The position numbers and the translations under genes were made by a program. Below, piece after piece: positions 31,168 through 42,417 of a stretch of 42,417 nucleotides of DNA; the stretch's first letter is position 1; every line of letters begins with the position of its first letter. The DNA is from Psammoneis japonica (lineage: Eukaryota). The DNA lies in NCBI GenBank assembly GCA_008632985.1, contig QPGO01000222.1, forward strand, positions 70,206-112,622, read 5' to 3'. The notes beneath the pieces are model-generated. The model was not told where the DNA came from. It saw only the letters and a list, made by a program, of their open reading frames with translations, and searched no databases.

Positions 31168-34100
31168 CTACCAGGCAAAGTCTTCAAAGTCAGAGTCTTC
31201 ATCATCCGAGTCTGCTTCGAGGTCATGGTCGTCTTTGTCTGAGTCTGCTTCCAGGTCGTGGTCATCTGAATGCACGGTGTGCAACGAAGCGTCATCCGAA
31301 GCGTCGTCCGAGTATGTGTCTGCTAACTCATTGGAGTCAGCAGCTACCTCATCATCAATCCACTGACCATAAAATGTTGGTTTCCCACGACTTCGAGGAC
31401 CCAATGCATTGTTATCACTCGTAGGGGGCATGACCAACGCCACGGCCTCTTCCTCGGCGTCGCTCTCTGCAGGTTCGACAGAAGTTGCACCGGTAAGATT
31501 CGTCAAGCGTGATGCATTACTCTCACTCGCATCCAACTCAACGGCCTCTTCCTCGGCGTCGCTCTTTGTACGTTCGACGGTATCGACTGAAACAGCACCC
31601 GTAGGATTCGTCAAGCCTGATTCTGGCGGATCCTTCCTATTTGCACCGGCAGCCTTCGTCGCGTTGGATTTCGGGTATTCCTTCCTAGACGTGTCGGTAA
31701 CCTTCTTTTTCTTGGGTTTGGGAGGATCCTTCCTACAGGCAGATGCTACCGATACCGCAGCCTTCCTCTTGGTTGATTTCCCACCGGCAGACGCCACTAA
31801 TACTGCAGCCTTCCTCTTGGTTGATGATTCGGGAGGATCCTTCCTAGTAGAAACGGGAGGAGTGTCGTAATTGGCAACAAGGCCGTGAGTAATGGAGAGT
31901 GCAAGTGCCATTTTCTTTTGAGTGTTCGCTTCCAATTCAGCTCGGGCTTTTGCGGCTGCTACACGCTCCTTGTCAGAGACCTGGTACTTTTCACGAATAG
32001 TCCACATGGACTGACTTTTTTCAACCTTGATCAAGTACTTTTCTGCCGTTGCAATGTACTGATACTTCAAATACTTGATTTTCTTGTCAACCTTGGTGAA
32101 CGTCACTTCCACCGTGGTGATGTTTTCCTTTTCCCGAAGAAGCAGAATATCGAACAAGGCAACAACGTCGTTCCAGTAGATGTGCGTTTTGCCGCACTGA
32201 CGAATGTAGCAAAGAAGAGCCCGTCCACACAACTCGTTGAACCAACCGTCGTATTTATCATTTTTTCTTCGGATTTCTCGATTTTCTTTGGTTGACTTTT
32301 TGAAAACTCCGCGGCTCTGCCGGTCCTGCTCTTCAGCGGCCCTTTTCTTCTTCATTGCCGATCGAAGATCATCGTCAGCGGTAAGTCTTTCTTGTTGAAG
32401 ATCCTCGTGACGCCTTCGCTTGACGCGATCCTGTTTCCGAACGAAATCGCGACCGTGTATCGCCAAGTCTCTCTCACGCGCTTCCTTCACGTATCCACGA
32501 TGATATTCGGCCCGCTTTTTTAGGATATCGAGGCGTTCCTGCTGCTCATCGGAAAGGCTACTCAGACTGCCAAGGTAAGCCACCTCGCGTCGCTCCATTT
32601 TGCGATGGCATCGCTGGCAAACGAAATAGCCAGCACAACCGTGGCCGCCGCCTATCCTTGACCCTACACAAACCATGGTCCGAGAATCACTGTCCGCTTC
32701 ATTTTCGTCGTCAGCCGTCAAAGAGCAGTCTTGCGCGGGAATGTCAGCAATGGCGGGGGGACCGGGGCAGCTCCACCGAAGACTCCAAGGTGAGATTGGA
32801 TCAGAGTTGCTATCCGTCGTTAGCTTGAGGTCATGAGCTTCCAATAGTTTGCAAAAGTTCCCTTCGGATAGGGACATGCCAAACCACAAGGCATCGTAGC
32901 AATTGAGGTTCAATTGTTTCGATACCGCCATGACGCCGTTGTCATTGCTGGTTTGAGCAATGAAGTATCCTTTGGGCAGGGCAAGGCGGCGACCCTTGTT
33001 GAAGGACTCCTCTTTGTACTTGTCAGAGTCTTGCTTACTACAACTCATCAGGAATGACTGGAGTATCTTGTGTTGATTCTGTACGTTTTCCGCCGAGACG
33101 ATTCCTGACGCCAACAATAATTCCAAAAACGTTCGATACGCCTTGATGGAACTAAAACGATGTTGTTGCGACTTCTCTTCGGCAAAAGCGACAAAGAACG
33201 ATGACGTGATGATGATGCGATGTTTAGTCGATCGAGAACGGACAAGACTCAGTGCACGGTCGGGCAAGATGTCAATACTCCCGTCCATGTCGACTGTCTC
33301 TTGGAACCAGTTACCATGCTCTTTCTCCAAAGCGTCAACAGTATTCCGCTCAATAACAATGACATTGTTGGTCGGCATTGACTTCAGAAGCCGTTGCAGG
33401 ACGTCACGTGCACCTTTTGCAAGTGATTCCGTAGTGGGAGGCACGTAATGACTCTTGTTTGCCCCCTGTAACTTCATCATGACGTTTCTAATGACCTGTT
33501 TGTTTTCATTTGTCATGGGCTTGGCCAAAGACTTTTCTAACTCGACAATTACTTCTTGCAATTGGAGCTCGCGCGGACTCGTCTTGATGGAGTCTTCGAA
33601 ACCGCCGTAGTAATGTTCCCCAACAGACTCCATGGCTCGATTGTTCTTTACGAAGCCCCCCTTGGGTGGTACTGGCGAGAGCATGCGCTGAAGGAACTCG
33701 TTGGTCACGGCCATTTCTTGTAATCGGTACGGAAGTGTTGGCCAAGAAAACTGAAAGAATATCCCATTTGGTGGAACGAGCGTATCAATCATGAATGCCT
33801 TGGCATCGTCGTCGATAGGAGTCGGTGCGAGGGTATCCAGGACTTTTGACGATGGCAAAGCGACAAGCCTCTCTCCGACGGGGCCCCATTCGCATTCGAA
33901 TAGTGATGACGCTACTGCTTCCGCCACCTGCATCATGATGAGGTCGTCAATCTCCTGTTGATGATCTGGATGCACGGCAAGGCATCCAGTTCCAGAGCTT
34001 TTGATATCGGTAAGAAGTTGCTTGGGAAGGAGCTCGTAAATCCGTTCTTGATCTAAAAGGCGTGCGGCGAATTGAATGTTTGTTTGTTGTTCGATGCGCG

Positions 34101-34258
34101 TGCGGCAATGGAATGACATTCCAATCTTGATTTCTCCCATCGGCTCGGACAATTATGTAGATGCCCATCTCATCATCTGACAAGGTTACTGGCTGCCACC
34201 ATTTCTCATGAAGCTTTCCCTTGTTGTTCTCGTATTCTTGTAGGATGTGTTGTGTCAA
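31168..34258 (-). pseudogene. Large (>1000 aa) hypothetical protein with a frameshifted N-terminal GIY-YIG/T5orf172-like motif, a Cys cluster, basic repeats and an acidic tail
   Basis: 994-aa ORF at 31168-34152. Removing 1 nt at about 34153 joins the upstream frame to give MGIYILSEPMGEIKIGMSFHCRTRIEQQ. Also C-x10-C-x5-CxxC, RKDPP repeats and a D/E-rich C-terminus. Confidence 0.6.
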
Positions 34259-35375
34259 GAGTTGCTTGAGTCGCTCGATTTGTCAGTCGTGACAAGTGTC
34301 GATCCATCGCTACCTACGGCAACACGGGCCGCAAGTTGAAGTCGCTTTGACAGATTTTCAATGGCATCGTTCGGCTCCTCAACGGCCTTGGGAGTCTTGA
34401 GAGAGCATGGATTGCTTCCCATTCGATCACTGGTTTCTTCTTTACCATCTTGAAGTTGGCAACAGCGGCGAGAGTGCACGGCGCAATGAAGGTACGGTGC
34501 AGAGCGTACGGTACGGAGCGTGCAGTATTGTCAATCTGCATCGATGCGAAGAACTCGACAAAAGCAGTTAGACGAAATATGACAACAATGATCGGTACAT
34601 GTAGCGTCATGGTGCTTTGCTTACCTTTTTATGATTGTGGTGATGGCCGCGGCAAACAAAAAGTTACGAGCCAAAAGTAAAGGAGCAACAGCCGTCTGAA
34701 ACTTGGTGTACGGAGTCGTAACGGCTCTCCACAAAAGAGAGTAACGAGTCGATTCAACCTGCGGAAAGCAGATAGAAGCACGGCATGGTTGTTAGTGATG
34801 TTCCACGAGAAGTCACGGTACGACGATTACGGCATGGTCGGCTTTCCTGTCAATGTGGTTTGCTGTGGCGGACGCCAATGTGCACGGGCAAATGGCGACA
34901 GCGATAATAGGAATGGAGACAAGAGAAAGAAGCATGATGATATTGATTTTGTACGGCAGCAAGCACGTGATGGAAGTACGCATCAATCAAGATCGAACTG
35001 TGCAACGAACCAAAAACGCAACAAGAACGGTAAGCGACGACGCTACAACATACGATGTGTGTTGCGATACACGTCAACAGCATGTCTCTTGAGTGGCGAA
35101 CGGACGAGCGTCATCGTTGATGCGTCATGGTGCTTTGCATTGCTTACTTCGTACCTCGTTGATTGATTGTGGCGAGTGTGCGAAAAAAATGCCAGAACGG
35201 TGACCGCGCTGAGGTGCGCCAGCCGTAGATTTCTACACAACCGTACTAAAAAAATTTTCCCGCCAAAGGAGGGATGCTGGGATGAGGCCCAACGGTCAAA
35301 ACCCCCATTTTTTACCAAAATGAGTTTCTACTAGCTAGCCGACTACTCTAACATCATACTATGTAATACTGGAAT

Positions 35376-35454
35376 CCCGGCTATGGGTTGGACATTCGAC
35401 GAGTGAATCTTTGAGTATTTATAGGCTGCAATTTTCCGAGCCAGTGAGGAGCTC
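35376..35454 (+). repeat. ~80-bp direct repeat, copy 2
   Basis: Homologous to 29496-29573. Confidence 0.8.
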
Positions 35455-36562
35455 TTGACTAAGGAACGGCACTGTTGAAACGATTGGTAGAAAATCTAAC
35501 TATATTTCACCGTGCGCGTTGTTGTGTATAGTTGTGTGCTGGAATTGCAGTTTGGACTCGCCATTGCACACCTGCTGCCAGAGCACTCAACTTCTATCTC
35601 GGTACCTCATCCGGTTGACGGACTGACGCTCGCCCGGTGCGAACTCCGCCGTTAAAGTATATAAATTTATTCATTTTGAATATGTATTTCTAAAGCAAGA
35701 GACCGGACACGAGACTTCCAGTCTCCTCATTTTTTCAAGGGTTCGCGCATCATTCATAAAGGCACCACACACCATGATAATCGGAGCGGCTTATTAGACT
35801 ATTGACGATCCTTTCAACAATACCAACGCTATCTACTAGTCTTTACCTTCATCTATAAACAGCTTATGTTGCTTTTTCGAAGGTAAGCAGCCAATAGTAA
35901 GGTGAAAAAAGGATTTTGTATTGACACCACGTTTAGACTCATTATCGCTTTCTGTCGCAATCGAATTATATTGCGGTTTTTGTTTCGGCATCTCACTCTT
36001 TTCTTTGACATGTTCGTCTTTATAACTCATATAGAGAAGATCTTGAGCAATGTATCACCCCTACGGACGAACAATGGCTCATAGTTTCTTGTCGGTGTCG
36101 ACACCATTTTTTCTTTTCAACTCATGTTCTTCCTTATATCGGAATGGGACTGTGGTGTGTCCTACGCTCTCTTTTGGCCTGAGCCAAGAAAGATACAGTT
36201 GATACTATCACGAATAATGACAATTATAATGTGCAATGGGTTGGATATTGACGTCCATGACCTTGCCGAGTGCCGGTTAGTAGTACTCCCTCGTTCAGGG
36301 ACCGAAAACTGGGGTAAATCTTGGTGGCGTGGAGACTCTGCTATTGGAATGCGAGCGAGCGGGCTGGAATCTCGTGCAGTTTACTTCTGAAGGATGTGTA
36401 CAATAAGGTATGTTTACATTTAAAGCAGTATTGATGCATCATGCATACAGTACTGGTATAAGGATTTACAAACTGACAATTTCATTCTCCGTCTCCATTT
36501 TTCCCATGTAGGCGGTGTCTTAATTTTGTTTCTTGCGGCCTTTCGGATCTACAAAGGAGGAC

Positions 36563-36865
36563 GGGAACGACTTGTACCTTATCAATCTAGGGTTGTCGTC
36601 ATTAGGTCCATAATTTGTGGTGACGAGGTGTCTGTTAGTTGCAGGAACTAAGACGCACCTCACGGAGTGCCGGTACCCCAAGACGCACCTCAAGACGACG
36701 CACCACCATGTGTGCATTATTTTATGTTTCTTGTTGCCTTTCAATCTGCAAAGGAGGTCTGAGACACGACCTGAATAATTTTGGATCGTTGTTGGGAACG
36801 ACTTGTACCTTACCAATCTAGGGTTGTCGTCAGAAGACCGTATACTTTGTGGTGACGAGGTGTCA
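36563..36865 (+). repeat. ~70-bp segment duplicated at 231-bp spacing
   Basis: GGGAACGACTTGTACCTTA.CAATCTAGGGTTGTCGTCA...TTTGTGGTGACGAGGTGTC at 36563 and 36794. Confidence 0.85.
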
Positions 36866-36894
36866 ACGAGTTTTGCAAACTTAAGACATACAGT

Positions 36895-37242
36895 ACAGTG
36901 CCTCAAGAAATACAGTACCTCAAGACACCATCACGGAACACGGTACATTATACCTCAAGTTCGTCTCATTTCTTGTCAAGTGGTGCATGACTGTCCTCTC
37001 TGTACTGCAGTAAGGTTGCGGTGTGCGCTGGATGAGTTGAGACAGTGCCTCAAGAAATACAGTACCTCAAGACACCATCACGGAACACAGTACATTATAC
37101 CTCAAGTTCGTCTCATTTCTTGTCAAGTGGTGCATGACTGTCCTCTCTGTACTGCAGTAAGGTTGCGGTGTGCGCTGGATGAGTTGAGACAGTGCCTCAA
37201 GAAATACAGTACCTCAAGACACCAGCACGGAACACGGTACAT
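36895..37242 (+). repeat. Near-perfect 147-bp tandem repeat, about 2.4 copies
   Basis: ACAGTGCCTCAAGAAATACAGTACC starts at 36895, 37042 and 37189. Confidence 0.95.
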
Positions 37243-37410
37243 CATGTACGGTATCCATGCACATGATCGGCATACTTTCTTATAGGCTTGAGTGCCTTTT
37301 CAAGTGGAAGTCTTTACTGTAAGTAACCCAAACCCCATCAAATGGATAGGGCAATCTGGAGCAGAGAGCGCTTTAGAGAAACCAACTGAGAGTGATCAAA
37401 CAGAACGTGT

Positions 37411-38138
37411 TTATAAGTTACTTGTGACCTCGACGCTTGACTTTTTGACTTGAGCTCTGAGATTCTGTCGGAATGCAACGTCTGACGAGCCTTTTGCATA
37501 ATGCCCTGTGTTGTCCTCTTTGTACTTGTCTGTAACAGCCCCGAATCTTGCGTGAGCTGTCTTCGAAATAAGCTGCTTGTATACTTTGAGCTTGTCGTCC
37601 GTCGTAATTGAGTTGTCACTCTCGAAGCACTTGAGAAAAGCTTTCTCCAAATCCTTGTTCCCCATTATACTCTCATATGCTTCCTTGACACATTCTTTTC
37701 CCTTGCTTCTCATAGTTCCTCCGTTGCACCCCAATCGGATACAACCCAACAACCTCTTCCCGAAGTGGAATACTATCGGTGCCACCAAGGTAAGTCCGCC
37801 TCTGTTTCGAATCTTGTCAGAAGTAGCGTAGCAGTTAGCCATGTAGTCTCATCTTTGAGTGCCTCGTGGTGCAAAATTCTCATCCGTTTCAGGAAATCGA
37901 TTTTGGCTTGGGTCTTGTCGCTAACTTCCTCCGAGAGTTCGTCATTGTTCAGATGAATCGTCTTTTGCAGTACGTCTTTAATTGCCCAGCCAAAGATTCG
38001 ATTGACTTCGGAATTCGCATCATCTACCGACACATCAATGCCAGTAGACTTCCTCTTGCGTGTTGATGCACCCCCCGCCTTCTTGACAAGCTCATGATGA
38101 ACTTTGTCCATAGCCGAAAGGACCCAACCAACAAACAT
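37411..38138 (-). pseudogene. Frameshifted hypothetical protein with an RGGL motif, possibly transposon-derived
   Basis: Two overlapping protein-like ORFs join at about 37845: RIFGWAIK ... NRGGLTLV ... KTAHARF. Confidence 0.45.
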
Positions 38139-38249
38139 CTCACCTATCGTCGATTCGAGCGTGAATGGTCTTGGTAACCAACTCCTTCAGTATTGAGGCA
38201 GTCTTCTTCTCATTTACTTCTCCGGTGAGTCTATGAAACATCTCAGTCC

Positions 38250-39216
38250 ATGAGATCATCTCAAAGTACCTACTGTATATTCAGCATATATTGTATCAAT
38301 TATTCCTCGTCTCTTTTCTCTCGTTCTGCCTGCAGCACGACGTACTGCACTGTTCCTAAATCATGAGTTTACACAACCTACAGTAAACTTATTCTTGGTA
38401 TCTCGTACATCGGTACAAACAACAGCGAAAGCAAAAGTCCACCGTACGCCAAGTACTTGCCGCACCACTCTGTTTCTCCCGGTCGACATCATCATCTACC
38501 TCTACCAGGCAAAGTCTTCAAATTCAGAGTCTTCATCATCTGAGTCTGCTTCCAGGTCATGGTCGTCTGAGTCTGAGTCTGCTTCCAGGTCGTGGTCATC
38601 TGAATGCACGGTGTGCAACGAAGCGTCATCCGAAGCGTCGTCCGAGTATGTGTCTGCCAACTCATTGGAGTCAGCGGCTGCCTCCTCATCAATCCACTGA
38701 CCGTAAAATATTGGTTTCCCACGACTTCGAGGACCTAATGCATTGTTATCAGTCGTAGGAGGGCTTGCCATTTCAACGGCCTCTTCCTCGGCGTCGCTCT
38801 CTGCAGGTTCGACGGTATCAACTGAAGCAGTACTGGTACCGGTAGGATTCGCCAAGCGTGATGCTTTGCTCTCACTGGGAGCCCATGTAATAACCTCTTC
38901 CTCGGGTTTTCTCGCTCTTTGTAGGTTTGACAGTATCAACGGAAGATGCACCGGTAGGCTTCGTCAAGACTGATTCTGGCGGATCCTTCCTACTAGTAGG
39001 AACAGTAACCATCGTCGCGATCGATTTTGGGTACCGGTATTCCTTTCTAGACGTATCGGCCACCTTCTTTTTCTTTGGAGGATCCTTCCTACCGGCAGAT
39101 GCTACCGATACCGCAGCCTTCCTCTTGGTTGATTTCCCACCGGCAGGCGCCACCAATACTGCAGCCTTCCTCTTGGTTGATTATTCGGGAGGATCCTTCC
39201 TAGTAGAAACGGGAGG
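38250..39216 (-). pseudogene. Truncated, diverged duplicate of the 3' end and downstream flank of the 31168-34152 gene
   Basis: Homologous to about 30780-31860 (GQWIDEEAAADSNELADTYSDDASDD...FEDFAW). Frameshift near 38940. Homology stops at 39216. Confidence 0.9.
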
Positions 39217-39502
39217 CCGCGAACGCACTGTTACGTTTGACACAGAAGTGAACGATGATGATGCGCAATTAGAGGAGTCAACCACTCACCCCATGGAGCG
39301 AAAACGTAGTGGACGAAAAAAGCGACTGACGAGCCTGACATGGTGGAGCCATAAGCTTCTTCCTCAGGGACTTGATGAGGCTGATTCGAAGAAGAAAAGA
39401 AAGCTGAAAAAGTTGAGGACAGTGGACTACGCAGCCGCCATCATTTTCTTTGTCACTTATTCCATATTCCTCGTTGTCATGTTTATACTGGCCCATACAT
39501 AA
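39217..39502 (+). pseudogene. Orphan 3' gene fragment resembling the intracellular loop end and M4 helix of a pentameric ligand-gated ion channel
   Basis: Basic stretch followed by TVDYAAAIIFFVTYSIFLVVMFILAHT-stop; no 5' part of the gene in the window. Confidence 0.45.
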
Positions 39503-39621
39503 ACAATAACACGCCTCGCGATCTACCATACTAATCGTTAAAACATACTTTGTAAGATGGCCGCATAGTCACCGGGCAACTGAATTATAGTAATGCGTTT
39601 GTTCCGCTCTCTCGGTGGCAT

Positions 39622-40230
39622 CTAGAGTTCCCCACATTGCACAATCCGAATAGGTATTCGTGGCCTATTGTTTTGCCCCGATACAGGAACTGCTTCACAT
39701 TTGCGTACGGTCAACATGCTCGGTCCGTCTAACACCCTTCCAAACACAACATGCTTGCCATCAAGCCAACTGGTTTTAGCTGTTGTGATAAAAAATTGGC
39801 AGCCATTTGTATTTGGCCCGCTGTTCGCCATGGAAAGGGTACCGGGTTGATCATGATGGTGAATGAAATTCTCGTCTTCAAACGATGATCCACCATTGTA
39901 TATGCTTGTCTTTCCTGTGCCGTCGTGGTTGATAAAGTCGCCGCCTTGTAACATGAAGTCTTTGATTACACGGTGAAAGGTTGAATTCAAATAACCGGTA
40001 GGCTGAGAGTTCTGTAGGTATTCGCCGGTGCAGAATTGTCGGAAATTTTCGCAAGTCTTGGGGCACTCTTTGACAAAGAGCTCTAGTTTGATGCGACCCA
40101 ACTCCGCTGTAGAATCTTTCCCCTCCCCAAGAACCACATCGAGAAATACAACGGCATTACCGCGCTCAATCGCTTCCATCACGGCGGGATCCGGTCCGTG
40201 AGTTGTGGTGGTTGTCGTCTCCGTTGCCAT
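39622..40230 (-). CDS. PPIH: Cyclophilin-type peptidyl-prolyl isomerase, cyclophilin H-like
   Basis: [55 protein letters not shown] and [10 protein letters not shown]. Confidence 0.9.
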   Translation of the reverse strand: MATETTTTTTHGPDPAVMEAIERGNAVVFLDVVLGEGKDSTAELGRIKLELFVKECPKTCENFRQFCTGEYLQNSQPTGYLNSTFHRVIKDFMLQGGDFINHDGTGKTSIYNGGSSFEDENFIHHHDQPGTLSMANSGPNTNGCQFFITTAKTSWLDGKHVVFGRVLDGPSMLTVRKCEAVPVSGQNNRPRIPIRIVQCGEL

Positions 40231-41220
40231 GGTGGACGGACGGTGCATTTTGCGTCGTTCGTCGTTCGCGATGACATGAAAGATTCGATTCGCGCAACCG
40301 CGCAGATACGTCCGTCCATGGCACGATTTTTAATTTTTCGTTTTTGGGTTGATTTTTTGCGATTTCGACTTCCGACCATCGACCTCTCCAAGACCTCTCT
40401 CACACTCCAACTCCTCTCGCCCATCGACCATATAGGCACATCTTTCAATATTTGGATGCAACCACAGCTTACCTGATGCGAATAAGTCCCTAACAATGAG
40501 TTTGTTGAAGCTGACTCAGTCATCTCGTTTCGTCGTTTTGTTCTTTGCGGGCTGCTTCTGTGCAAACAAAAATGAGGCGGTAACAGGTTGTCAAACTAAT
40601 GAGAAAAGCAGCTTTGTTCATCCATTTTATCAACCAAGAGTTCAATGTCTCAATGCTATCGGTGTAAGACTGCAATCCTGGGCCGTCTAGAGCAATTGTG
40701 GTCACTACCTGTCATGGCTGTGCATTCGAAATGTGTCCGTCACTGTCGCCGACCTTTTATTGCCCGAAATGAGTTGGATCCTGCCGACTTAGCTGTGGAC
40801 AAGAATATCTACCATAAGCTTTTGCGGGGGTCGATACGCAAACGCATTAGATGCGAATCACTCCTTGCCGTGAATGTCTTCTGTTATTGCCTTCGATGGC
40901 AACCACTGCTCGAGATTACTCAACAGTACTATTCAAGAAGAGGACGTGTTGCATTGTCGCTGACTGGTCCGTCGTTGGAACGTGCTTCCGATACTTGGCT
41001 GCGATGACATCCCTGATTTGTGAGCTTGGCAATTTCACCACTTTCCTCGTCAAGCAATGGCCATGTCATTTCATTCTGGAAAAGGATCCTATCGTAGAAG
41101 GCCGCGGTGCCCGGTTGCGATCTAACTGCTGATGCTGTGATACTATGCGAGATTGCCGTACACTAGTTTTCGAAGGAACACAGACTTTTCTCGCTACCAC
41201 AGAGTCACCATGACGATTGT

Positions 41221-41978
41221 TTGGAAGAATTCGAGGGACTGGTCAAGGTCTATGAACCTCTCCTGGTGGATTGCCCGCCCTTGAACCAGCGAGTTGTTGT
41301 CGAATTTGCCTTTCGAACGCCCAATCGAGGTGCTGAAGGTCGGACTCGAGTTGCCTTTTCCGAGCGGTATCTTCTACAAACGGTAGCGCCACGCGGTCTT
41401 GCCATGAAACGTCATGGCATCTTTTGGGAAGGCGACTGCGGCGTGGAATGGTTCTGGTCCGACTCGCCTGACGATATTCTGAATCCTGCGATTGTCAACA
41501 ATTCAGGATGTGCCCCCTTGTACGAATCTCCTGATAAGCTATGCATCGGTCAAACGCACAACAACAACATTGGAACAATCTATAGGGATGTCTTGGGTGT
41601 TTGGAATACCGGCGTTGCCAAGGCCAGCTTCTTGTTTGAAGCATCGCTGCGTAATTCACCTTTTGGAAATTATGGACTGGTGACTGCGTACAGCCATTGA
41701 AGCAAGTGTGTGCGGGGACTGCAATTAGCAATGTGACATAACATCACCGCCTCGTCCAGTGCCCCGACTATTCTTTGCCAACGGCGAGTCCAACACCAAA
41801 CGTGTCTCTTTCGGCAGCGCGGTCTGTTGCGCTTCGTCCAAGTGATGCACCATCTACCCCCACCTTTCCCTCGACTTTTCCGGTCATACCAAGTGCTGCA
41901 TCTAGATGGGATGGCGTACGGTACCCCGCATTTTTATGGCTCGTTTATGCTCTTGGATTTCGTTTTGGTAGCCGCTAA
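41221..41978 (+). other. Possible disrupted gene for a surface/secreted protein with a Pro/Ser/Thr stalk and hydrophobic C-terminus
   Basis: 159-aa protein-like ORF followed, in another frame, by PTASPT...PSDAPSTPT...FLWLVYALG. No recognisable domain. Confidence 0.3.
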
Positions 41979-42417
41979 CAGATGTTTTGTGGGCGTGAAG
42001 CACGCATAGTAGCGGTAGCCAAAGAGCACTGTTCTCTTGAAGCACCATTTCGGACTAGAGGGTAAAACAAGTGGAAACAAGATCAAAAGAAAGCTACTTT
42101 CACCGTCCGCGTTTGACCTCGTCTGGCTGGTCCAATCGTTTCCATCAAGACGAATGAAAACGAGAATTCTCCTATCGCCGCTCTAGACTCGCCAACCTCG
42201 ACACCGGTCAGAAACCGTGACTTGACTGCTTGAAGCCTGGTGCTATTCGACCGAGACACCTGTGGTTCAATTTCATTTCATAGTCAAAAGCTTTCTCGCA
42301 TTGGTGCACTTGGACTTTCGATCTACATACAATTATTTTCTGTCTTAGTTGACGTGATTCTCCTTTGATTCTTGACTTTTAAAATATAATATGTTGGTGT
42401 TCCTCCGACGCTAGTGT

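Overview
Eukaryotic, probably diatom-like nuclear sequence (inferred from short GT-AG introns and a CoDi-type Copia element). Intact host genes: DHX15/Prp43 helicase, a 2OG-Fe(II) dioxygenase, cyclophilin H and tRNA-Lys(UUU). Damaged genes: a MATE transporter, a methyltransferase-dioxygenase fusion and a GIY-YIG/T5orf172-like ORF. Mobile and repeated DNA: a full-length Ty1/Copia LTR retrotransposon (20288-27403, TSD CAAGC), a non-autonomous TIR element and a 53-bp/190-bp satellite complex. The main result is a repeat-associated DNA hypermutation that converts TpA to TpG or CpA (A:T>G:C on both strands, favouring TA-pyrimidine), the reverse of fungal RIP. All 9 substitutions between the two LTRs are at TpA and none is at about 21 CpGs. 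Conserved Tyr codons in gag-pol have become Cys or His. About 11.6 kb flanking the element is almost free of TpA. All counts are manual and approximate; no database searches were run.
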